Shown: piece by piece, positions 12,533-24,283 of the stretch
Numbering within the stretch: position 1 is the stretch's first letter
Layout: every line of letters starts with the position of its first letter
Origin: Scyliorhinus canicula
Taxonomy: Eukaryota
NCBI RefSeq assembly: GCF_902713615.1
Contig: NC_052160.1
Coordinates: forward strand, 26,048,083 to 26,112,082
DNA: 64,000 nt
Direction: 5' to 3'
Translations under genes and position numbers: made by a program
The notes under the pieces: generated by a model
Database searches by the model: none
What the model saw: only the letters and a program-made list of their open reading frames with translations
What the model was told of the DNA's origin: nothing

Positions 12533-12768
12533 AATGAATTAAAGGATCGAGGAGATGTCCGGATTTTCCAGTTTGGATTTGACACGGATGTGTTTGGCAT
12601 TGTATTTACTGAAGATTACAAAAGTAAAGTTTTGGCTGCAACAGCAACAAAAGGAACTGCTGCAACAGTACAAAAGTTTCTGGAGACTGTGTTGAACTCG
12701 TGTACAGATATTGGTTTCAACAAAGATAAAATGCTGAAGGAGTTTTCATTTTGTGACCAAGAAATAAC
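12533..12768 (+). CDS. STK19: STK19 coding exon 3
   Basis: FQFGFDTDVFGIVFTEDYK...VQKFL...DQEIT; ag/gt boundaries in phase. Confidence 0.95.
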
Positions 12769-12928
12769 GTGAGTAACTGGGATAATGCAAAGGAATAAAA
12801 CATTAAAGAATTGTATCTTGTCTTGTTTGAAAATGGTATTCAACACTTCAGGCCGGTTATGCAATTCAGTTTGTATGCTACAGAAGAATGTTTCTGACTT
12901 GAACGGCCACTTCAGCATATTTTCTTTT

Positions 12929-13162
12929 GGGGGCAGCACGGTGGCGCAGTGGGTTCGCCCTGCAGCCTCATGGCGCTGAGGTCCCAGGTTCGATCCCGGC
13001 TCTGGGTCACTGTCCGTGTGGAGTTTGCACATTCTCCCCGTGTTTGTGTGGGTTTCACCCCTACAACCCAAAAGATGAGCAGGCTAGGTGGATTGGCCAC
13101 GCTAAATTGCTCCTTCATTGGGAAAAAAATGAATTGGGTACTCTAAATTTAAAAAAAAAAAA
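12929..13162 (+). mobile_element. A-tailed V-SINE with TSD agcatattttc
   Basis: Direct repeat at 12914 and 13165; poly-A tail. Confidence 0.9.
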
Positions 13163-13475
13163 GAAGCATATTTTCATTTCAAACATGTCAAACCAGTTTA
13201 TTAAAAATCCTGAAGAAAGGGCATTGATCTTAAACTTTAACATGTTTTCTCTCTCTGCAGATGCTGCTGAATGTTTACAGCATTTTCTGTTATTATTCAT
13301 TCATTGATTTTTATTAAGTGCTCAATTTTTTTTTCTTGCTGATAGAAAATCACAGATTGCAAGGATCCTAAATAAGAAATGGAATTTTTTTTCAGTTTTT
13401 AAAGATGCAGACACTTTAGTGCGTAACTTTGAATAATCACGTTTAAGTAGAAGTTAAGTTAAGAAACAGGCTAAA

Positions 13476-14465
13476 GGGTAGCACGGTGGTGCAGTGCTTA
13501 GCACTGCTGCCTCACGGCGCCGAGGTCCCAGGTTCGATCCCGTCTCTGGGTCACTGTCAGTGTGGAGTTTGCACATTCTCCCCGTGTTTGCGTGGGTTTC
13601 ACCCCCACAACCCAAAGTTGTGCAGGATAGGTGGATTGGCCACATTAAATTGCCCCTTAAGTGGGAAGAATGAATTGGGTACTCTAAATTTAAAAAAAGA
13701 AACGCACTTAAGAAGGGTGCTCTTTCAAAGGGCTGGTGCAGACTCGATGGACCGAATGGCCTCCTTCTGCACTGTAAGGAGTCTGTGATTTCGATAGTGA
13801 TTAATCTATGTTTTTAAAAATAAATTTAGAGTACCCAATTATATATTTTTTTTCCTAAATAAGAGACAACTTAGCATGGCCAATCCACCTAACCTGCACA
13901 TCTTTGGATTGTGGAGGTGACACCCGCGCAGACACTGGGAGAATGAGCAAACTACATACGGGCCGGAATCAAACCCGGTTCCTCAGCATGTGAGGCAGCA
14001 ATGCTAAGTGATTAATCTTTGTGTATTGGCATTTAGAATATGAAATTTATTGAGAATGTTTTTTTTTAGAAAAAGGCTTTGGTAGGATTTGAATCCCTGG
14101 ACCAGGCTTCATGTGTGAGAAACATGCTCAAGTTTATTATTTCCATTTACTTCACTGAAAGGTTTTCCGTACGCTCAAATGTTGTTAGAATGTCAATGCT
14201 GTGTTGCAGCATGATATACTCTTGGCTGTTACTGTGTCTCAAGGCTCTTTTTATTTTCCTATAAATTTAGAGTACCCAATTATTTTTTTCCTAATTAAGG
14301 GGCAATTTAATTTGGTCAACCCATCTACCCTGCACATCTTTGGGTTGTGGAGTGAGACCCTTGCAAACACGGGGAGAATGTGCAAATTGTACAATGACCC
14401 AGACAGGATCGAACCTAAGTGCCATGAGGCAGCAGTGCTAATCACTGCACCACCGTGTTGCCCCC
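13476..14465. mobile_element. Cluster of V-SINEs (13476-13699 +, 13812-14008 -, 14255-14465 -) plus an HE1 tail
   Basis: Same unit in both orientations. Confidence 0.8.
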
Positions 14466-14529
14466 AATCTCTTTTTGTCTGATCAATTACTCCGAAATGG
14501 AATGATTGTTATATAGATAGATCACACAA

Positions 14530-15080
14530 TTGTTATGGTGCAGAAGGAGGCCATTCAGCCCCTGCACTGGCTCTCCAAATGAGCATTATGACTTGGTGCC
14601 GTTCCCCTGCTCTTTCCCCATACCCCTGCACATCGTTTCGATTCAAATAATCATCTAATGTCCTTTTGAATGCCTCAATTGAACCTGTGTCTCCATCACA
14701 CTTCCCGTCAGTGCATTCGAGACCTGAGCCACCCGTCGTGTGAAAATGTTTTTTTTCTCTCAAAACATTTGCTTCTTTTGCAAATCACTTTAAATCTGTT
14801 CCCTCTTCTTCTCAATCCTTTTATGAGCTGTAACAATTTCTCCTCATCTACTCCAACGAGCCCCCTCATGGTTTTGAACACCTCTGTCAAATCTTGTCTC
14901 AACCTTCTCTGCAAGGAGAATGGTCCAGACCTCTCCAATGTATCCTCATAACCAAAGTTTCCCATCCCTGGAACCAGTCTAGTAAACCTCGTCTGTACTC
15001 TCTCCAATGCGTTCATATTCGGCCTGTAGTGTGGTGCCCCGAACTGTACACAGTATTCCAGCTGAGGTGGAACTGGGTTT
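14530..15080 (-). mobile_element. CR1 LINE 3' fragment
   Basis: 'ALERVQTRFTRLVPGM...FSLQRRLRQDLTEVFK' CR1 ORF2 C-terminus. Confidence 0.8.
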
Positions 15081-15396
15081 TGGCAATCTTGAAAAATGAC
15101 CAGTTAATCTGCTTCCCTTATTTGCTGAGGGAGTGAAGAATTCCTAGTTATTTTCAAATAGTACCAGGTGTTATTTAATCTCCATTTTGATAAGGCAAAC
15201 AGGACCTTTAGATTAATGTTTCTTCCATACAGGTTTAGTGCAGATCATTGACTCTAGAAATTTTTTTTACTTGGACTCTCTCAAATCCATGGGATAGCTG
15301 TAATCTCCATCACGTGTACATGGTCTGTTCCTACAAATTAAATTGCCTGGAGATTACTTTCATTTTTATAAGTACTCTAATTCTTTTTGTTGACAG

Positions 15397-15494
15397 GCAG
15401 TTGGTGAATGCAGGACTTCTTACAGTCCGAGATTTTGGATGCTGGTGGCTTGCTATTCCAAGTGCTGGGCGATTTGTGAAATACTTTGTGAAAG
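15397..15494 (+). CDS. STK19: STK19 coding exon 4
   Basis: QLVNAGLLTVRDFGCWWLAIPSAGRFVKYFVKG, near-identical to human. Confidence 0.97.
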
Positions 15495-15786
15495 GTATGT
15501 CCCATCACAATGTATTGGGAGAGGTGACTGGTTACTGAAAGACACAAGCATTTTTGAACTCTGCAGGCTGTTTTCTGTTTGGTTTTAAGATATTGTTCAA
15601 TATTTTAATGACTGAAAGTTTTACATTCAGTTTGAGGGAGAGAAGAGTGGGTCTGACTCTTATTTTAAACTTGAGTAAGGGCAGTTATGAGGGCATAAAA
15701 GCAGAGCAAGCGAAAGTGAACGGCGGCGGAAGGCCGAGCCAGAGGGTGGCGAAATGTACATAAAGTAAATTTAAGAGAAGGATAGG

Positions 15787-16111
15787 ATCATAGAATTTAC
15801 AGTGCAGAGGGAAGCCATTCGGCCCATCAAGTCTGCACCGGCCCTTGGAAAGAGCACCCTGCCCAAGCCCACACCTCCACCCTATTCCCATAAACCAGTA
15901 ATGCCACCTAACCTTTTGGAATCTCATGGTCAATCCACTTAATCTGCACATCTTTGGACTGTGGGAGGAAACCGGAGCACCTGGGGGAAACCCACGCAGA
16001 CACGGGGAGCATGTGCAGTCTCCGCACACACAGTGACCCAAGCCAGGAATTGAATCTGGGACCCTGGAGCTGTGAATCAACTGTGCTAGCCACTGTGCTA
16101 CCATGCTGCCC
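15787..16111 (-). mobile_element. Full HE1-type SINE (CR1/HER1 tail)
   Basis: Head, V core and tail 'gggccgaatggcttccctctgcactgtaaattctatga'. Confidence 0.85.
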
Positions 16112-16147
16112 TTTCTGTAATCCTTTCTGTATAATAAAATAATTTAA

Positions 16148-16818
16148 AAAAATATATTTTTATTCTCCTTTTTCACATTTTCTCCCAAATTTGCACCCAC
16201 CAACAATAAGCAGTATCAAATATATTGTCAATCCCCATATCAACAACTGCTTGCATGTTAACATAAACAAATAACAAAAAGGAATCAGGAATCACCCATA
16301 GTCACCATTAACACGTTGAGACCACCCCTCTCACTATTGTTCGATATTATCCAATTCTTGAAAGTGTATAATAAATAACGCCCATGAATTGTAGAACCCC
16401 TCCACCCTTCCCCTCAGTTGAAACTTAACCGTCTCAAGAGTCAAGAATTCCAACATCTTTGGACTGAATTCCAAGAATTCCAACATCTCGCCATGCGAGA
16501 GCACAGGGTGGAGAGGTTGCTCTCCATCCCAACAGGATCAGCCTTCGGGCGATCAACAAGGCAAAGGCTACAACCTCTGCCTCCACACCGGTTTCCAACC
16601 CCGGCTGGTCCGACACCCTGAATATGGCCTCCCGAGGGCCCGGGTCCAGTTTCACGTACACCACTTTAGAGATTACCCTAAAAACCTCCTTCCAGTAATC
16701 CTCCAGCTTTGGACAGGACCAAAACGTATGAATGTGATTCAAAGAGCTGGCTCATCCTCGCCCTTGTGAGGCCTGCCCTTCAGCTGTATCAGCTCCAACG
16801 TCGCGCCCGAGGTGGGGT
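16148..16818 (-). mobile_element. L1 3' fragment
   Basis: 'HTFWSCPKLEDYW...ARRLILLGW' (CCHC region); imperfect TSD 'ta(t/c)aataaaataa'. Confidence 0.85.
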
Positions 16819-16909
16819 GTTACAATAAAATAAATTAACGCTGTAAAAAATGTATATAACTGTTTATAAATGTGGAATATGGCAATAAAAATATTTTTTT
16901 TTAAATAAA

Positions 16910-17930
16910 GAAAGTGAACTGGCAAATTAGGTTAAGATATAGGTCCATGGAGATGCATTGGCAAACATTTAAGGGGATATTTCAGAATACATTTAACAGG
17001 TAGTTTCCGACATGGGAGAACCCACCCACTATCTGTGGTTAACTAAGAATCAAACGTAAAGAAAAATGTATAAATCCATAAAGATGGGTGGCAGGTCAGA
17101 AGATTGGGCAGACTCGATGGGCCAAATGGCTTGCTTCTGCACTGTGCGGATTCTAGGAATGACTAAAATATTGATAAGCAAGGAAAAATTAGACTATGAG
17201 AGAAAGCTAGTGAGAAATATAAAGACAGATGGGCAGCACGTTGGCAAGGTCCCTGGTTCGAATCCCGGCTCTGGGTCACTGTCCGTGTGGAGTTTGCACA
17301 TTCTCCCCGTGTTTGCGTAGGTTTCGCCCCCACAACTCAAAGATGTGCAGGTTAGGTGGATTGGCCACGCTAAATTGTCCCTGAATTGGGGACAAAGGTT
17401 ATTCTTCAGTTATGTAGGACATTAGTGAGACCACATCTGGATTACTGTGTACAATATTGGTCTCCTTTATTTAAGGAAAAATATAAATGCATCGGAAGCG
17501 GTTCAGAGAAGGTTTTCTAGACTACTACCTGGATTGAGTGGATTGTCTTATGAGCATTAGGTTAGACAGGCTAGACCGGTATCTGCTGGAGTTCAGAAGA
17601 GTAAGAGGTGACTTGACTGAAACAAATAAGATTCTGAAGGTTCTTTACAGGGTGGATGTGGAGAGGATGTGTCCTCTTGTGGTAAAATCTAGAACTTGAG
17701 GTCACTGTTTTTAAAAACAAGGTGCCACCATTTAAGACCAAGATGAGGAGAAATGTTTTATCCTAGGGTCCTGTGATTTTGGAGCTTTCTTCCTCAAAAA
17801 GCACAGAGTCTTTGAGTATTGAGAAGGCAGAGGTAGATAGATCTTTGGTAAAGAAGGGGTGAAAGGTTATTGGGGTAGGTGAGAATGTGGAGATTCAGTC
17901 TGATCAGCCATTGTCTTATTTAAGCTAATA
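16910..17930 (+). mobile_element. CR1 LINE fragments with nested SINE (17231-17392)
   Basis: 'LVRPHLDYCVQYWSP' remnant at ~17420 and CR1 3'UTR. Confidence 0.7.
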
Positions 17931-18114
17931 TAAAGCAGTGTATCGTGACTTTTGCACAGTATTTCAGTAAAGAGTGGTAATCTTCCAGTGTTGTTCCTGT
18001 GTTTCTCTGCAATGGTAAGGAGGGATGGTACCACATTTAGTTTGCCTGAGTTGCTCTTCGCTGTTGCTTGACAATCACCTGTTAAAAGATAAACCTCTCT
18101 GTCACACATTACAG

Positions 18115-18262
18115 GTCGCAAAGCTGTTCTTGGCATGATCCGGAAATCTAAATACAATGAAGTTTTGCAGTCGGACCTAGAAACTAGGAAAGTAACCTCC
18201 ACAGTAAAATTAGGGATCCAGTATCATGTTCATGACATCATTGGAGCAGAGTTGGTGAAATG
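18115..18262 (+). CDS. STK19: STK19 coding exon 5
   Basis: RKAVLGMIRKSKYNEVL...KLGIQYHVHDIIGAELVK. Confidence 0.95.
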
Positions 18263-18625
18263 GTAAAGTAACCCTTCAGTTAAATCAAGTGTGCCATGTA
18301 TGTGGAATAACTAGGTGCTACTTGCTATGAATTTGTCTTTTAATTTGATGAAACGACGAGCATATGAGCCACATGGGCAAGGAAACTTCCTGTGCTTCGG
18401 CCCCAACCTGATCTCAGAGTTGATGTTCTACAATTAGTAATCTCAGCATTTTGGGTTGGGAGGGAGAAAATTGGCTGATACGCCTGCTTCTAATCACCAA
18501 CCCAAGACCCTTTTGATAATTGTGTGTGTGGCCAATTAGTGAAAATGGAATTGGAGCTGTACCATGTTATTTTTTTACTGCTCTGCTCCGTTTGCACACT
18601 GCTGCAGAAATAGTAACCTGGTAAT

Positions 18626-18865
18626 GGGCAGCATGGTGGCATAGTGGTTAGCACTGCTGCCTCACGGCACCGAGGACCTAGGTTCAATTCCGGCCCTGGG
18701 TCACTGTCTGTGTGGAGTTTGCACATTCTCCCCGTGTCTGTGTGGGTCTCACCCCCACAACCCAAAGATGTGCAGGGTAGGTGAATTGGCAATGCTAAAA
18801 ATTGCTCCTTAATTGGGGGGGGGGGGGGAAAGAATTGGGTTTATTTAAATTTATTTAAAAAAAAT
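18626..18865 (+). mobile_element. A-tailed V-SINE
   Basis: Standard unit. Confidence 0.85.
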
Positions 18866-19498
18866 AATGAAATAATTATGAAACCTGGTTAACTGGTAAC
18901 TAATGGGGAGAAGGTCATAAACCTCAAACAAGATTCTGTTTGATAGGAAAGAAGGGAAAGCAAATCATTTCTGGATGTGTTGTGGAAAGCCCTGTCCTGC
19001 ACCCACCTACACGCACTGAACAGGTGATGTGCTGGAAGCAAGATGCTTTCATCTCTTCATGGCTGGGGGTCTGGGGGAGGATTGGTGAAGGGAAATTATA
19101 TGCAACTTAATCAGGAACCTTTGTTTTAGGCAACAAAATGGCTATAATTGAAATACTTTACAGATAGAATCTGCTGCAAAATATGATTTTAATATATTTT
19201 ATTTTCATTTATTTCAGCATTTTAAAAAAACGATGAAGATACTAAAAACCCATTCCCATAGAATTTTACAGCACAGAAGGAGGCCATTTGGCCCATGGCG
19301 CTCTGGCCTATCACTGGCTCTCAGAGAGTTATTCACTTAGCCCTGTTGCGCTGTCCATATAACCCTCTTTAAGATGGTTCATATTTCAGATATTCATCCA
19401 TCCCTTTTTTAAAAAAGCCGACAAGGTGAAAAGATAGGATATGTTACAATTGAGGCCTGTAAAAGTCACATTTTATACATTTTTGTTTCTGAAAACAG

Positions 19499-19544
19499 CA
19501 TTCCAACAACGACGGGAACCTTGCTGCGCTTGAATGATGTCTGA
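19499..19544 (+). CDS. STK19: STK19 last coding exon
   Basis: (C)IPTTTGTLLRLNDV* versus human CISTTSGTLLRLPET*; summed CDS 789 nt = 262 aa + stop. Confidence 0.93.
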
Positions 19545-19910
19545 TGCAGGTCCTGTCCCGCAGACCGCCGTATGGACCAGTTTAATCTGCATGTTTGACC
19601 AGAATGTAATCAATATCAGGAAGAGGAGCTGGAAAAAGGCAGCAATGTGAATAGAGGCAGGGAAAAAATAGATTTGACATTTATAAAGAAACATGTGTTG
19701 CTATGAAACTAAACATTTCGGCTATTCATTTTTTTGCCAAGCCTGTGAAAGCAGAGCAACACAATTACGTTTTGTATGGAATATATATATTTATCTAAAT
19801 TTGTCTATATCCAGGTTTCAAATTGGTTGTTGAATGGAATGAAATGTTTTATTTTTCCAATTTTAAAAAATGTACGGTGAGCTTGGCGAATTAACTTACA
19901 AAAAGCTGGG

Positions 19911-19916
19911 AATAAA
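19911..19916 (+). terminator. STK19: STK19 polyadenylation signal
   Basis: First AATAAA seen after the stop codon, ~370 nt downstream. Confidence 0.6.
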
Positions 19917-20060
19917 CTGCAATAGAGATAGTTGTGCAATTGTACATTCGATAAACTCTTGGATTTACTGACTTTAAGCTGGAACATTTCAACTTCTAAA
20001 AGGGTGTAAGCTGACACTGCACCGTAAAGCATCCTGGGAATTAATTAACCATATTATTAC

Positions 20061-20800
20061 TGTGAATGTGAATCTAATTCACTTGTTTCTCAGTCCGGAA
20101 GAAACAATCTCGAACACGTCCGTACTTCAGAATATTCTTTATTGCGATCGGAGCTGCTCTCTAGGTATTCCAAAGAACCACCTCTCTGAGAGTGCCAAAG
20201 TCTTGCTCAAAGCACCTTTCCTTTATATGTTTTTTAAGGGGTTGTCTCTTACATTCACTTGAGCTGGCCCCAATACAGATTACAGCTTGTTTTTATCAAA
20301 TGTCCAGTACATGACATGATTAATTTGTTATTGTCATATATTTTCAATACATAATCCCACAGACATTGAGATAGACATTTTGCGGTTATCTCGTGGCACA
20401 AAAGCGTATAGCAATTTTAGCAAAACACCAGGTGTCCAGCCATGATTTATAAATGGCTCTTACATTGGTTATCACAATAATTCCAATACATGATTTTACA
20501 AACCTTGAAGTTATCTATTGGCATATGATAATGTAGCAGCTCTAGCCTAACTAGTAGCTTAATTGGTAAATGGTAGTTATAATTGCAAGCGGCCTCCATC
20601 TTTCATATCTCATCATCCGGCCATCCGCCTTGTTTCTCAAGGTTGTGTGGCTTATAGTCACACTCCCTTACCTTGAACATCCTGCAATGGCTTCAATAAC
20701 ATATTCTTACATATTCGTTTAATTTGTGATGTCCCACCTGGTTCTTTCTGTTTCTGGCTATTAACCCTTACTTCACATACTTCCCTGCTTCACATTCTCA
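20061..20800 (-). repeat. ERV 3' LTR
   Basis: Direct repeat of 27260-27999; minus-strand TATAAA near 20222-20227 and AATAAA at 20138-20143. Confidence 0.97.
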
Positions 20801-20811
20801 CTCCCCCCTTT
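20801..20811 (-). other. Polypurine tract
   Basis: AAAGGGGGGAG immediately 5' of the 3' LTR. Confidence 0.9.
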
Positions 20812-20835
20812 GATCATTCCATGATCACACAGCCC

Positions 20836-22104
20836 TCAGAAACTTATCCTTGAGAGTCTGAAGAATGCCTCCGGGAACTCTAGCTCTACATCCTCATACA
20901 CATTCTCGGCCCGTGCTAAGTCCTGCGGGTCTAATGGGGAAAGCCGCTGCATCATCTGTGGCATCACAGAAGCACCTAAACGATTACAAAAGCATTTAAC
21001 ACAGGTTATAATAATACACAGCAAAATGCAAAAAGCGATAAAGATAATAAATCCATGAAACAGATAGGTGGTCCAGGAGCTAGACCACAGCCATCCCCAG
21101 TCGTCTGAGGAGGACTGGCGGAGTCTCTTTACCCCATCCCGAATGTGGTCCACTAGGTGAGTAATGTTCTCCGAGCTATCAGGGATATAAGTACAGCACT
21201 CAGAACCCACCACAGCACATGTACCTCCCTTGCTGGCGAGGAGGTAGTCTAAAGCCATGCGGTTCTGTAAGGCAACCGTCCGAACAGCTACTAACTCTGC
21301 GCTGAGCTCACTGAGTCCTTCCGCGGTATCATTGGCCACCTGCTCCAATATATCCCGGAGCTGGGTGACTTTTTGGAGAGATCTAATACTGCCGAACTGG
21401 GGCCAAAGGACAGTAGCTATTGCCTCCCAAGGCACAATGGCCCTAGTGGATCGGGTATGGGGATGGTCGGATAGGTCTGTATAATGGGTGATGCCAGGGA
21501 CTACAAAGCCCATATAGCAAGAACCCGACCAATTTTCCGGCAACCAGGGATATGCTTTCTGTCCGCATACAAAATAGGTATCATTGTACGAGCTCAAGTT
21601 CCCCTTGGCATCCGTCAGCATGATTCGAGTCAGTTCCCCCCTCCAGGGGCCGCCACTAGTCTGGTTCTTCACTGCTGACCAATTAAAGGTGAACAAGCCC
21701 TTTTGTGTAAGATTAGTTATGGGTGGTTGCCAAATCAGGGTCTGGTTACATTGGCTAGTACCTACTGGGTAGGTCCCATTGGCATGATCCTTTTTAAAAC
21801 ATATACTGCCTTTTGGAAACTTAGCATACTTGGGGAGAATCAGGTAGGGCGGCTGATGGGTTGCATTAAACTTTGGCCACCACCACCCTTGAAACCTGTT
21901 CATATTGAACCCAGCCGACTGCCAATCTATCATATCTTGTGTATCATCAGAATCAGTATGATTACGTCGCAAAGCCCATTCTGCAACCTCCTCGATCAAA
22001 TAGGAAAGAGGCACCAAGGGAACACCCCCATGGGCATGGCTGGGAATATGCGTACATACCCAACAAGAGGAGATATTCAATTTCTTTGCATAAGTATAAG
22101 ACAT
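20836..22104 (-). pseudogene. env: env SU/TM portion (422-codon open frame lacking its signal peptide)
   Basis: CWVC (CxxC), RSTR cleavage site, fusion peptide, ISD LQNRMALDYLLASKGG, CX6CC (CAVVGSECC), TM helix, YEDV motif; in-frame TAA at 22114-22116 separates it from the upstream part. Confidence 0.92.
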
Positions 22105-22183
22105 AAACAGGAATTAATTTGCAGTCACGTGGTGTGTTGCCCGCTTCCTCCTGGTAGGCGGGTGAGTATGAATAGTCTTATAC

Positions 22184-22561
22184 TCAGGAACTCGTGGCTT
22201 GCCTTTCCCTCATACACCGGTAATCCCACCGGCAAGCGTAGCGATCGCAGGTCATGGATCCGCGGGTAGTCAGCAACCGAGGCTTCTGCTCGTCTTGATG
22301 AATAATGGTGGTACAGGTATCCACCGGAGTTGCCGTCCATAAGATCTTATCTGTGGTGCTGTTTTCTACTGTGGTCGTCGTCTGCAAGGTCTCATTTGTA
22401 GTTTTGTTGACATAGCTAGAGGTGTCCTTACGATGATGACGCAGAGATGTATCCTTCCGATAAAGGCGCAGCATCCTTGAGCTGGGTCTACATCGCCGGT
22501 CTCGAGCGGTCGCACACAGTAGTGTGCTGGCAAGGATCACGAAGACAAAAGGCAGTCTCAT
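22184..22561 (-). CDS. env N-terminal ORF, 125 aa, predicted secreted glycoprotein
   Basis: Signal peptide MRLPFVFVILASTLLCATA, NKT/NET/NST sequons, Thr-rich; first in-context ATG after a branch point/acceptor at 22591; ends by frameshift relative to the env frame. Confidence 0.6.
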   Translation of the reverse strand: MRLPFVFVILASTLLCATARDRRCRPSSRMLRLYRKDTSLRHHRKDTSSYVNKTTNETLQTTTTVENSTTDKILWTATPVDTCTTIIHQDEQKPRLLTTRGSMTCDRYACRWDYRCMRERQATSS

Positions 22562-22635
22562 CCTGTAGTCGAACGATCAGCCACATATACCTAGAACTTG
22601 AAATGAGAGTTAGTGATCACGCAAATTTTATAAGT

Positions 22636-24283
22636 TTACAATGGTGCATGTGCATTACGTCCTTCAATTTTGACTGCTGTGGGGGTAGTTAGGAGAACTT
22701 GAAATGGTCCCTCCCAACGTGGTTCCAACCCCTTCCGTGTCCAATTGCGGATCATCACATGGTCTCCCGGTTGTACAATATCAGGGCTAACTAAAGGTGG
22801 CACTTCCTCTTGCGTGGCACGTACTCGCAAGTGGAGACTCTTTAATACTTTAGTCAAGGCTATTATATAATTAGCCATTTCTGTAGTCATGTGGTGGAAC
22901 TGAATGTCTCGGGAGTTATGACAGTCCCAGGGGGTGCGAAGGGGTCTTCCGTACAAGATTTCAGCGGGGCTCAATCGAGTTTTTCCCGCAGGGGTGGTTC
23001 TGATCTGGAAAAGTGCAACAGGTAAAAGTTTGAGCCAGGTGGCTCCAGTCTCTGCTTGCAGCTTAGCAAGTTTGGTTTTCAAAGTCTGGTTAGCTCTTTC
23101 CACGATCCCAGCTGCCTGGGGTCTGTAGGCGCAGTGTAACTGCTGTTTAATTCCTAGTTGAGTGCAGAATTCTTTATTGATCTGTCCCACAAAGTGAGGT
23201 CCATTATCAGAGCTTAAACAATATGGAAGTCCAAATCTTGGTACAATTTCACGCATAAGAACTTTTACTACAGTTGAAGCCTTATTATCTACAGTAGGAT
23301 AGGCCTCTATCCATTTACTAAACACATCAACAATCACTAATACATGCTTATAACACTGACATCTTTCCAACTCAATGTAGTCCAGTTGCAGGGTCTCAAA
23401 GGGACCCTCGGGCAATGGTGTTTTTCCCTGCTCACAGGGAACAGCCTTCCCAGGGTTATACTGCTGGCATATCAAGCAGTGATTGCTAATTCGTTGGGCT
23501 ATTTCCTGCAGTCTGGGATGCCACCAGGTTTTTAACAATATATCACCTGTAGCGCGAGCACCACAGTGAGTTGCAAAGTGTATACATTCGGTCACCCAGG
23601 CTGCCAAAGCATCGGGCATACATGTCTGCCCTGCTGGGGTGACCCACAGCTTACTTTCTTTATCATATATACATCCCAATTCTTCCCATAACTTTATATC
23701 GCTAGCAGGAGCGTCCTCCTGTAGCTGGATTACATCAGTAATAGGTTTTTTTAGAGGGAGACTTGTCTTTTGAGCTTTTAGTCTGGCTCATCATTTTAGG
23801 CGCTACCATGGCCTTTGACTTTGAGGCTCTTTTGCTTGGTGGTCTGCCTGCCTATTTCCTTCATCTACTGGAGTTTTTCCTTTCGTATGGGCAGTACACT
23901 TTATCACTGCTACCTTTTCTGGGAGCATAAGAGCTTGGAGTAACTGGGTTACTAGCTGTTGATGGGAAATTGGGGTGCCAGCGGATGTTAAGAATCCTCT
24001 GTTCTTCCATAATTGTCCAAAATCATGTACAACTCCAAAAGCATATCTGGAGTCTGTATAAATATTGATTTTTTTTGTCTGCTCCTAATGCACATGCGCG
24101 TATTAATGCGAATAATTCTGCTTGTTGTGCTGAAAACGGAGTCTCAAATGCTGCTGCCTCTACTGTTTCCCCATGCTGATTAACTATTGCATATCCTGAT
24201 AGTCTCTCCCCCCTTTCACTGATGGAAGCACTTCCATCTGTGAACATGGTTAGGTCTGGGTCGTTAAGAGGGTGAAAATTCAA
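22636..24283 (-). pseudogene. pol: pol remnant: RNase H + integrase, frameshifted
   Basis: FTDGS/SAQQAEL/IYTDSRY RNase H; HFATH..CLIC zinc finger, LQLDY/SDNGPHF/VERAN DDE, WEGPF; indels near 24070, 23830, 23750 and at the C-terminus. Confidence 0.93.

Noticed and set aside
12929-13010. tRNA genes (A/B boxes at many loci)
   Set aside because: All are SINE heads running into the V or Deu core; no full cloverleaf
20062-20262. Identical 66-aa ORF at 20062 and 27261
   Set aside because: Non-ATG antisense frame duplicated only because it lies in the LTR
21703-22269. 188-aa antisense ORF over env
   Set aside because: Shadow of env with a non-ATG start and no recognisable features
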